DNA of 63,349 nucleotides, counting the filler, from Asterionella formosa (Eukaryota): the NCBI GenBank assembly GCA_002256025.1. It is 7 parts of 7 records of this genome, joined end to end, with 100 filler letters (N's around TTAATTAATTAA, not from the genome) between each part and the next. Parts side by side here need not be neighbours in the genome. Positions count along the whole stretch, not along the records: positions 38,847 to 58,163 come from NKIB01003737.1; 6 more parts are not named here. One strand, 5' to 3'. This document shows positions 45,594 to 56,354 of this stretch, piece by piece (position 1 is the first letter of the stretch; every line of letters begins with the position of its first letter). The notes under the pieces were generated by a model. It was not told the origin of the DNA. It did not search any database and worked only from the letters and a program-made list of their open reading frames with translations. The position numbers were made by a program, and so were the translations under genes.

Positions 45594-46194
45594 ACGTGAG
45601 GTAGAAAGGCGAGCCACCAATGAGACAACATGAGGACGTGTTTTAAAGGCTGGTTGCATCAAAAAAATAATTATAGTAGCCCATGTAGCGCTGGTACAAA
45701 ATATTATCCTTATCCCTACCATAGGAAGGAATATCGCGCCGATTTGTTTGCTTCGATCAGCTTACCATGTTGCTCAATATTGCCGCCGTTTCCTGTGCAA
45801 AAGTGATTCCCCTAAGGCTTTTATATTCGTTTGTGCAGTCATGAGTGAAATGAATATGATAATTCATCTGAATGGGAAGAGAAATGTGTTCCATTGAAGA
45901 GGCTACTAAGTAAGAAATGGAAGCTGGGGTAATGATGGTCAAAATTTTCTTGATGGTCACCACGTAAATTCATCTAGTAGTGGTAGTAGTCATTCACCTC
46001 AACTATTAGAGAAAGAAGTTACTCTACATGCTGCCTTTGATTCAAATAGTAAAATTACTATGACTGGTCTAGGAGATGAATTAAATTCAAGGAAAAGGAG
46101 AAGGACAAGTGAACAACAAGAAGGAGTGGAGAAGAAGAAGGCAAAGAAGTAGGCCAACTAGTAGACTATTATTGCTAGGGGGGGGGGGTTGATG

Positions 46195-47368
46195 AATCAT
46201 CAGAACACTATTTGTTAGATAATTCGAACATGGGGAAAAACAGAAGGCTACTGGTCCTATCAGCAAATGGTATTGCAGCTTGAAGATTGCATTGATGTTC
46301 TCAAAGTACTCAACCCTCAATTCGATTTCTTGTTTCTTATTGATCACTCCTGTGGGCACAACCGTCAGAAAGAAGATGGCTTAAATGTGGAACGAATGAC
46401 TAAGTCCTATGGAGGTGCCCAAAAACGGTTGAGGAAAATGGCAAACACATGGTTACCTGGGACCTCACTTACCTTAGATGAAAAAAACGCAATCAATGCA
46501 ATCAATGTTTTTCAGAATAGATGACACCGGACCATTCTGGATGACTGAAGCTGAACGAGATCAAAAGCGACATGACTTGGTACTGGAAGGGCAAACAATC
46601 ACAAGACAATACACAAAGGATGAGTTCCTTAAACAACTAAGGCAAAGAGGAATGTTAGCAAAGGGTAAGAAGCAAGCAATACAGTCTAAGGCGCAAGAAC
46701 ACAACTTACCAATTGAAGAGACTAAAGCAAAAGTTATCAAAGGATGGGAAAATAAACTAAAGGGTATGTTGCAGGTACTTTGGGAGCGTGGATTTATTGA
46801 CGAATTGAGATTGGAGAATTACACGTTGAATGAAAAGCAGGATGCATTTGGATTTGTGCAGAAAGATTTTTCTTTGAAGTCGCTGAAGGGAAACTGTCTT
46901 GATTTCGAGGAAGAGGAGACACTATTGCAGTCAATGGGAAGGGAAATGGGAGTACTTGTTGACCGAATGCCGAAATATCACTGTGAACTTGCAGGAGAGG
47001 AGGGAATCGAGTATTCTTGGAGTTGCGCCAAGAATTTTTACCGTCGGATTTCTCTGAAGAGGAAAAAGGGTAAAGAGAATTCAGGTCTGTGGTGTGAGAG
47101 AGCATGTCAACAGAAATAGTGTTAACAACAAAAAGGAAAAGACATTTTTCAAGGCAAGCAAGACAATATATATGTGCATACTTCAAGATTTGGAAAGATC
47201 TGGACGAACAAACAACATGACAGGATGGACGCCGAAGTTAACACAGCAACACATGAAGCGGACCCCATCAGTGTTGAGAAGATTGTCAAACAAATCAAAA
47301 CACACCGCTGTGCTCTCGATTTCGACACAACGTTCTGCAAGGCAACCTATGTCAAGGATCTAACATAG
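46195..47368 (+). pseudogene. C-terminal part of a Tc1-like DDE transposase, frameshifted
   Basis: EGYWSYQQMVLQLEDCIDVLK, LIDHSCGH, GGAQ, KGMLQVLWERG, PKYHCELAGEEGIEYSW..AK; the first-Asp region is missing. The stop codon lies inside the right TIR. Confidence 0.85.
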
Positions 47369-47587
47369 CGAACAACAGAGCAACGAAGCAAACAAGAAGC
47401 AAGCAGCAAAATCAACAAACATGAAGGACGACAACAGATCGATGTTACATACCTTTTGAGGGGAGATGAGCGCAGGGCAGTATATATATATATATCAAAG
47501 AATTTGCATCAATTTTTGTATGCGTCACAATTTTTACTCTAAATTATTAAATGAAAAAGAAAATCTATACTGAGGCCTCCTTCCAGT

Positions 47588-49053
47588 GGGCGCTGCGCGC
47601 TCTGATAAGAAAATATTATTATATCATGTGTGTATTATAACACAAATTATTCTGGTGATCTGCTACATAATATCGTCCTTGCGCTCTGATAATAGAGATA
47701 TTTTAGACTACTTCTCTGACTTCATATATATTTTTAACTTTAATTTTCAACAGTTAAATTTTCATATCGATGCATCCTCTTGTATGCTAGTACGCCGCCT
47801 CTTGTTCATTATGTGCATGAGCTCTATATATTCATCATCGTCGGTCACTGACCATGTCGACTTTCATCTCATCTCCTGATAATGATGACTTATGATCACA
47901 TTGCTACTGTTAGCAATGTGCTATCCACCAGTAAATAGGATGCCATTGTTCAGGGAAAGTTTGACTGTTGATGAGGTCAGAAGAAGAAGTGGCAAAATCC
48001 GTCGCCACGCACTACAGCATCCATTGTCGAGTCCATTCTGGACTTTGTTCAACAGCAAGCATGATGATGCTCTGATTACCTTGTGTGGGTTTGACCATGC
48101 TTCTTTCGAGCTCCTACACCAGCTGTTCAAACCTTGTTTTTATTCCTTCACTCCCTGTAGGAAAAATACGGATTTCATTGTTAGAAATTCAACAACAAGG
48201 GAAAGTCTCGTTGTGCTGTGATGCAACAACTTCCCATTCATGGGACCCAATTGGCAGGTGAGTAGAAATGGTTTCCAGCAATGAGAGAATCTCATTGATC
48301 CTGAACTGTTAGACCCAACTCTGCATGCTTCGGCGACCTCTTGGAAACCTCGGTGCTCGCCTGGCAGTTGCCGTTCTTGAAACTGAACTAGTAGGAGCAC
48401 GTGAAAAATCGTTGTTGTTCCTTGATGGGGACTGAGTAACCCCAGAAACACCAATCTGAGAAACACCTGGGACACCTATCCTACTGTCCTCATTGTCACT
48501 GGCAAACTCATCAGCACCAGTGTCATCTTCATTCTCGTCGTCGTCCTCCTCCTCTTCTTCTGGTTGAGTCTGTTCTTGTTGTTCTTGTTGCTGGTGACGG
48601 CGACGTTCAAGCAGCCTTGGAGAGGAAGGGAAGCCCTCCCTGGCTGCTCTCCTTTGACCAGAAGAAGATGAAGACATTGCCAAAATCTAAAAGCGATGAC
48701 GATCGATTTATTGAGGAGGTTGATTGATATGTAACGATATGCATATGTATATGCATACCTATTTTGGCAAGAGCAAGCCATTTTGAGTATGAGCAAGCAA
48801 GTCTTGAAATATTCCGGGAAATTCTATATAGTCATTCATGTCTAAACATCTTTTTATATAATGCACTGTTATTTATAACTGTAAAAAATTTGTGTTTGTG
48901 TTGACCAAATTTGGTAATCCTGGTAGGCACCCCGAGGTGCTTACGAGGTTTGCCAAATTTGATCAACACAAACACAAATTCTGGGGTCATGGGTACAACG
49001 ATTTGTGTTATAATACACATGATATAATAATTTTTTATTATCAGAGCACGCCC
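47588..49053. mobile_element. PIF/Harbinger-like deletion derivative with two convergent gene remnants
   Basis: ~55-60-bp TIRs beginning GGGCG (GCTCTGATAA..AATATTATTATATCATGTGT..ATTATAACACAAAT). Plus-strand transposase N-terminus 47892-48190 (SPFWTLFNSKHDDALITLCGFDHASF); minus-strand accessory ORF 48683-48190 ending in a Myb/SANT-like (DUF6818-like) LLETISTHLPIGSHEWEVVASQHN after a premature TAA. Confidence 0.78.
48887..48980. repeat. 94-nt near-perfect palindrome (hairpin)
   Basis: AATTTGTGTTTGTGTTGACCAAATTTGGTAATCCT-G-GTAGGCACC-CGA-GGTGCTTAC-G-AGGTTTGCCAAATTTGATCAACACAAACACAAATT. Confidence 0.92.
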
Positions 49054-49751
49054 ACTATTAGTCGAATTTGCGATTTGATTGCGTTGATGGTCCGTTTTGA
49101 TCGCTTCTGTTGTGGTTTGTCGTTCTGTGCTTTCGTTTCGGTTCGATTGTATTTATCTACGCAAGGGCTGATGTATGTATGAATGTCTACTCTTTGAAGA
49201 TGTGTTGTTGCTGATCTTATTTGTTGATTTGTATAGCTAGTCATTGACCATGATGTCAATATTGCCGCCAAGGAATGCTTTTCTTGTTCTAACCCGCTTT
49301 GCTACCTTTCTACTCAGAGTTTGTATCACAGGATATGTATCAATATTCAGCTAGGGGGAGTCGACAGTGCTGGAGCAGCCTGGCAATCACCCTTGCTCAC
49401 CAGAATGGAATGGAATGATCAGGGTTGTTTGGTGGGAGGAATGACTGCCTGTGGTCGGACGCATTCTTGCTACTTCTGTCAGGCTACAGCAAAATCCATG
49501 GTTGGTTGCAGCAACCAGATCATTAACACTACATAACAATACAGATCTCAATTGGGTTCAGCTTTTTTCTTTTCTGTATTATTTCGCTCCTCGATTGTGT
49601 GAAAGAACAAAGTTTCTAAACCAAAATAGAAAAGTCCTTCTTGCCATTCCTAATCCCTGACACTAAAAATCTCATGCAAATGTTTTGAAGGATTTTGACA
49701 GATATTTGTTTTTATGTCAACTTGCCTTTATATGAATCAATCCCAGTCCAC

Positions 49752-49860
49752 CAGGTTTACCAAATTTGGTCAACACAAACACAAATTTTTGGATTATGGG
49801 TACAGCGATTTGTGTTATAATACACATGATATGATAATATTTTATTATCAGAGCGCGCCC
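49752..49860. mobile_element. Second, orphan right end of the same Harbinger-like family
   Basis: Diverged direct copy of 48947-49053, ending TCAGAGCGCGCCC. Confidence 0.8.
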
Positions 49861-50395
49861 AATAATGCGTTTGCCTTTTAACTCAAATATTATTTCAGTT
49901 TTTGTGTCAATAATCTTACTTTCATTCGTTTTGATGATGGTTTTATATAGATTTATATAGGGATTATTGATCTTCAGGTTGCAACCAGCCTCAACTGGAC
50001 GGAAAAATGTGGATGATTTAGCTCTACTGATACCTGGTACCATCGATGAGGTATTGCAGTAAAAATACTACCAGTTGTACTTTATGCTGATAAATTGTCA
50101 ATCAAATCTTATAGTAGTATAGCTAGCAGTATTAAAACAACCACACTGATACTGTATTAATGGTAATGTACAAAGCATGGTGATATGGTCATAGATAGCC
50201 AGAGCATTACTCCTAGCAAGTATTTGGCTGAATGATATAGAGTAGGGAAGAGCATCAATCTAGTGATAAAGTATATGCAAATGTACTAGTATATGGTTAT
50301 TATTTAATTAAATAGATAGAAAGTGAATGAACATTTAGACTTCTTGCAAGTTTGCTGATGCTTCACCATCTTTCAAAATGGCAATAAGCATTGGA

Positions 50396-51468
50396 TCACC
50401 ATGGATCACCAATGCATCGAATACAATTTCTAGCATCAGTGCCACAACTTCTTACAACTTTTCTCTCTGTAGGCATTCGTCTAAAAGCAGTGTTCCACTT
50501 CAGACTTGCAATACATCCCTTCCTCCCTTGAGCAGACACAGGTGAAATACCAAGACAGTCCTTGCATTGCTCAAGAGCAACAAACAACACATTTTCTCTT
50601 GTAATTGGAGGTTGCAGGAAGCCTCGATTTTTTGCTCTGCCATCCAATCTTTTCATTATCATCCTGAATTCATATAAATAATTGATCCCCCTTTTGCATC
50701 CTTTCCAGACAACAACTTGCTCCTCACCATTGGCAGCATCAGCATTCACCCTTGTGACAGTCTCAAAACTGACATCACAATTATCTAAAAACTTTAATGG
50801 ACCAATTTTATTATCTAAATTTCCCTCATGCTTCTTGAAAAGTTGCTAGAGAATCTTTCTAAAGCGATCCTCTTGATTTGCACCTGGAAAGAGTGGCCCA
50901 TCAGGGTTTTAGATAATATCTGGGTTGACACACATGTACTCAAACAAAGCAATGATTGGACACACAGCAATCTCATCAGGATTTGTACACACATGTCTGG
51001 GCTTGTAGTTTTTGATCCATCCTAATCATTCTTCATATGAGACAAGCGAATACCCACAGAGTCAACACTCCATATCAAGTGTTTAATGCAGACACTATCT
51101 GTGCTGTCAATGCGGCACATCAAGTTCCACGTCAGACATAAAAAGGCCCGTGCAAAGATAGCCTGTGAAGAACCCCCATCTGCAATCATCCAGACATTCA
51201 TTTTCCTGTATAAATCAAAACTAAGCTCCCTCTTGCCCTCTTCTAAACTGCCCATACCACCTTGTTTTGCCATATTAGCAATTCTTTTGATACCTTAGAT
51301 CAAATCTTGAAGTTCATTATCAAATTCCACTGTAACCTGCATTTTATACCTCTTCAAAAGCATATACAAGGAAGTTTTTTTGATTTTGCAAACTTTTTGA
51401 CTAAGTAAACATCCAGTAGATGAATTACTTAGTGTACTTAGGTATTCAAGAAAGTCAGTTGGTTTCGT
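50396..51468 (-). mobile_element. Crypton (CryptonS-like) tyrosine-recombinase gene remnant with an internal deletion
   Basis: Exon from a CAG acceptor (starts 51468): G.KR.A...Q.G...EEGKRELSFDLY, FLCLTWNLMCR, HLIWSVD, K.D, then ANPDEIAVCPIIAL and LFPGANQEDRF. Stops and frameshifts present; HxxR/Tyr region absent (junction near 50825). Confidence 0.8.
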
Positions 51469-53840
51469 CTGTAAATAAAAACTATCATGAATATATGATC
51501 AAGGGTATTGTACGCTAAGTGGCACAGGATTTTTACATATATATTAGTTTTTCGATCAAAAATGTGATAAATGTATCATATAATTATGATCATGCAGTAA
51601 ACTTTTATCAAGCTTGAATTATGATGATACTATCATAGTCATAATACCATTGCATCATATAATTGATCGAAATTTAGAACTATATTTAAGAATGGTTTTT
51701 TTATGTTTCTATCTCTTGAGTGGCTACTACGGAATGTTCTACAATGCTCTCATCGCAATGATTGTTGGTGCCGCTTTCACTTCCACATTCCCCCCAATCC
51801 AATTTTGAAGGTTGTTGTACTGGTTGTCTTGCCGTTGTTCCCCTGCTTTGTTCCATTTATTCCTGAGGGTTCTGAGTTTGCATTCACGCACTACTATTGA
51901 ATCCATTTCGTTGTTCCAATCAGCCATACTAACAAAGAGAAGCAATTCATTGTTAGCTGTTCATGTTTTGCTTACGCAACAACATGCATTTCGCTTCTAT
52001 CTGCCTTCACTTACCACAAATTGAGGAAGTAACTGATGCATATTTCTGTAAAAGAATGTGTCAGTTGAAGATTGAATGAGAAAGTATCGATCAATAAATG
52101 GGCTCCAACACTGCTGTTTGTTACTTACAAATACTGTTTGTCTACCATTATCCTGAAAGAAGCAACACATATGTGTCAGTTTTTCTAACAGTTGTGGATT
52201 GATCCAAAGATGGCTGATAGCACTTACCGATTTCTTTTGTCCACATTGATGGTTGGCCAGCCACCAAATCGAAAAGGAGCTATTGAAAGACTGAAAGGGG
52301 ACAAGACATTCCGTATTTTTAATCCCAGCAATTGATCATCCTGGCATTTGCTCTTGACATGCCTTGATGCTATGCACAGCTTGTTCTTGATTCCCCCGCC
52401 CTTCTCCATCATATTCACTCATTCTGAGCCGCATGGTGTATCATCGTGCTATATTGTCACTTCAGTTTTTCGCATCATGTGTTGCTTGAGATCCTTCATT
52501 TGAGGAAGTGGATGCAGCATGACAAGGAACATGAAAGGCATTTCCTCTTGACTTACCATCAATTGCTTCCCCCCTTCTCTTCTAAGACGCAAGTATCATT
52601 GTGTTGTATTATCACTTTCGTTTTCCGCGTCATCATTTGTGATAATCCTTCATTTCAGGAGCAAAGTGTATGCATGACAAGGAACCACATGAAAATATGA
52701 TTTCAAATGTTTCAGCCATGAATACATATATACAAAGATTTGTAAGTTAAATGTATATATACTAGTTGAACATTTGCAAAGTTTTAAACACGCTTATTAT
52801 ACGGCACATCCTGTGTATACTTATATCAATTTTGATTATACATAATTCAAATATATACAATGCATGATGAGGTCATAGTTTTCCACGACCTGTTGAATTT
52901 TTTCAATTTGTTTTGTGTCAATTCTTGTACCTACAAGTCAGTGGCTGATTCAATTACGCCCCTTAATAAAAGGGAGTCATCACCTATTTTTCAAATGGTC
53001 GAAATCATACATTTATGTATATAGACAAATTGACCAAAATTCATATGGCCTACTGGTAGTACTGTATAATTGCTGGTAATTACTTCTATCATGGAAATAC
53101 CACAAGCAATAGTGCAGTGGAAAACTGAATATGCTCATGTGTTTAGGATCATTTGATCATATTTTTAAGATCAATTAATCCTGATTCTTGAAAATAAACT
53201 TTGATCTTTCATTTTTTGATCAACGCCACCATTCATCATATGATCAATATGTTATGATCAAAAGTATAGGATAAACGAATCAAAATTCATTGATTAAAGA
53301 TCATACTTTATACCGAAGTAGTTGCTCATGCATGCAACCCCTTCCTCCCTGCTGTATACAGTACGGAAGTGATAACCCCCAAGCTAGCAAATTTTTATGT
53401 CTTGTAAGAATTATTGCAGCAATCTTACTGTTGAATTTGCATCTGCTCCTCATTCCAAATAGTTCGGAATTGCTTGCCTTGCTTTCTTCATGTGCTTATT
53501 TATTTCTTCCACACTATCAGTTATGCTGCAGATCTCAATAAGAATTTTTTTGTCCTAAAATATTGTCATGGTACTTGTACAGGTACAGCAAAAAGATTTC
53601 TGCTTCATACTGATGTTGTCACATTGTGGACTTTGCTCTCATGTTGCCCTTTAGATTTTCTTTAAGTTTGATGAGTGCTAATTACTTTTGCTGATTTGCT
53701 GTTTTCATAACCTTTCGCCTCTCTCTTTCATCTTGTCTCCTACTTGCTCTGTTTGTTGCTTTTGTTTCACAGGCTTCCATCATATCACCATTACCATCAT
53801 ATTTGTTTTGCAGCACCACCGCCAAGTTCATCATTTTACC

Positions 53841-54245
53841 CTAATCTTTTTCAATAGAATCTGCTTCCATTATGTCAACATCATCATTTTCATTTACAGC
53901 TGTGTTCATCATGTCATTATCATTGTTGTTTCTTTTTCCTGCTGCCTGATTTTGATGCTCAACCCCTTTTGTGCTTTGTTCTTCTGGGAGGACACCTGTC
54001 ATTTTGTTTGAAAGGAACACAGCTATATCATCAGGGTCCTTCAGGGATCTTCCGAATTTTTCGAAGCAGATGAAACATGTTGTCTTGAATTGTATTGATG
54101 CATCTTCATTAAGGTGGCCACAAATAGCATGGATGCTGTATCCACAGCAAGGACAATTGTGTGCAGTAGCCCTGGGGCATTCAGGAACAATGCACCTGGC
54201 CTTTGAAGCACAGACGATCTCATTATAGTCAAGTGGTTGTACCAT
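53841..54245 (-). pseudogene. PHD-like Cys/His zinc-finger ORF, probably transposon-associated
   Basis: C..C..C..HNCPCC....HAIC...CFIC; continues through stops and frameshifts into a Lys/Glu-rich region and further decayed exons toward the Crypton YR exon. Confidence 0.5.
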
Positions 54246-56354
54246 GGTGGGAGAACAGTCATATTTTTAGTGATGTTGATTAGATGAGAAGCATCAGATA
54301 CTTGTGTATGTAATAAAGTCCTCCATGCTTGCTTCGTGTTATTTCCTCTACTGGTATACTATTCAGGGAGCTATTGGTACCGGTACCATCGATGTGTTCA
54401 TGTACCGGTACCGGTACACATGTAGACTACCGGTAACCCTATACTACGATATACCTATCTTAGTACACCCGTATAGTGATTCAGCGATAATCATACATAC
54501 CTAACGGTCGTACAGTGTACATGACTTTATACATATGTACGTATTCATGCTCATACATTTTTAATCGCACGGACCTGAACCTGGACCTCGTACCAGTACT
54601 ACGCGACCAACTCCCCTTGTACCACTTACGGTAACCAGTACCCAATACAGGTACCAGGTACCTGCAAGTTGCGGTAATATTGCCGAACACGCCTGTAGAT
54701 CCAATACTAAAATATATAATCTGGCTAGCTCGGAAAACGGTTATGTTTCATTCGTGGCATGATCGTTTTGAATATTATTATGCTAGAATTTGATTTGGCA
54801 GGAACTATTTTAGGGTCAAACTCATTCCCCCAATCGAAACCCCCCCAATCCAAAAAAAATTGGGGGGTTTTACCGGAGAGCTAGATTCCGTCGGGGTCAG
54901 ATACGGGCAAAGGCAAGGGATCAAAGAACATGATAGTCGACCCCCGCCAATGAGTGCACACGTCCGGAAAACATACCGGTATACCGGTAGCGGTACATGC
55001 ACAAACGGTTATATGTATAATATGTATGCTCTCTCCCTGGTACACACCGAATATAAGAATTATACAATCGCTCATGAATCGAACGAACATGAGAAATTTC
55101 CCATTACCATGATTAAATGATTATTAATTTTCGATTTTGTACAACTGCTTTTAACACTGTTATTAGTTTCGTAGATAGAATACACGTGTCGCTAGCAATT
55201 AGTGAAAGAAACGAACACGTAGCTTTGATATTCATTGCGAAATAGCTAAAATAGAAAATCGGTGGAAGCAACATGGCGTTCGACCGCAACAACAATATCT
55301 CCATGATTTCTTGCCGGATCAAAACCCGAGTAGTTCGTACATAATCATTGTACATCAAGTAGACATGTTCTATAATATCAGAAGCTGAAAACAACAATTG
55401 GTTTATAATTCGTGATTTATCTGTTTACAATAGGCGTATCATCATAGTCATGATGTTACCGGTACCAAACCGGCAAACATCATGTTCCAAGAACAAACAT
55501 CCTGGTACCCTGGTAGCTACCGGTATTTACTAACAACCATACACTGACATGAAGTCAATTTTGTACCAGGGTGGTCCCTGGTACCAGGTAGTCTGGTACC
55601 ATTATGAATTGGTATTTGATACCGGTATGGATACAGGGATGCAAGATGGATGTACTACGTCGTTCTCCTAACATATGTATGATGCATACCAATATTTACC
55701 ACAACCACGCACTGTTTACACTTCTGTACATTCATACCGAAATAGAAATGCATATAAACTAGGAGATTTCTGGAATAAGGAGTCTTGAAACTCAAAATTA
55801 CGATTGAGAAAAAAAACCCCAATCCAAAACCCCCTAATCTTAGCAAGGTTTGGAAACTGGTTTCTTCAGAAAATTATTCTTTAAAATTAGATTTTGATAA
55901 TAATGAAATTTATTGGCCAGCGCGAAACCGTTAGAGTTTTCTAAATGTCTAAGTAATATTAGCGGGGAGTCAAATATGAGTGCTTGCTGGCGCCGTGTTC
56001 CATTTTCGGCAAAATGACCGCAACTTGCTAATACCAGGTATCAGGTCCTTATCACATAGACATTCAGCTTCGAAATGTGATCATGAAGGAACGAAAACTG
56101 ATGAACATGAGCATTCCTGCAATGCAAATGTATCAGTCAGGAAAAAATCAATAAAGAAGAGCATAAATGAATATTCCAAGTCGAAGTGAAACAAAAAGTA
56201 CTATATTTGATAATCAAAATATAACAGTTTTGTAATTACATGTAATTACAATTATAAATACTAATATGCACCCCCTAAATATTACCAAAATGACCATTTT
56301 CTTCATTGAGTCCAAATGCAAAGTGGCCCATTACCATTTTCTTGAATACCAACA

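Larger units (their letters stand above)
44908..47449 (+). mobile_element. Tc1/mariner-like (ITm) TIR DNA transposon, non-autonomous, carrying a captured host gene fragment
   Basis: ~88-bp imperfect TIRs at 44908-44995 and 47362-47449, TA at 44906-44907 and 47450-47451, left end TA|CAG; transposase remnant inside. Confidence 0.88.

Noticed and set aside
54826..55840. CCCCAATC.AAACCCCC motifs about 1 kb apart as element ends or telomeric repeats
   Set aside because: Short, low-complexity, direct orientation, no array and no enclosed coding signal.
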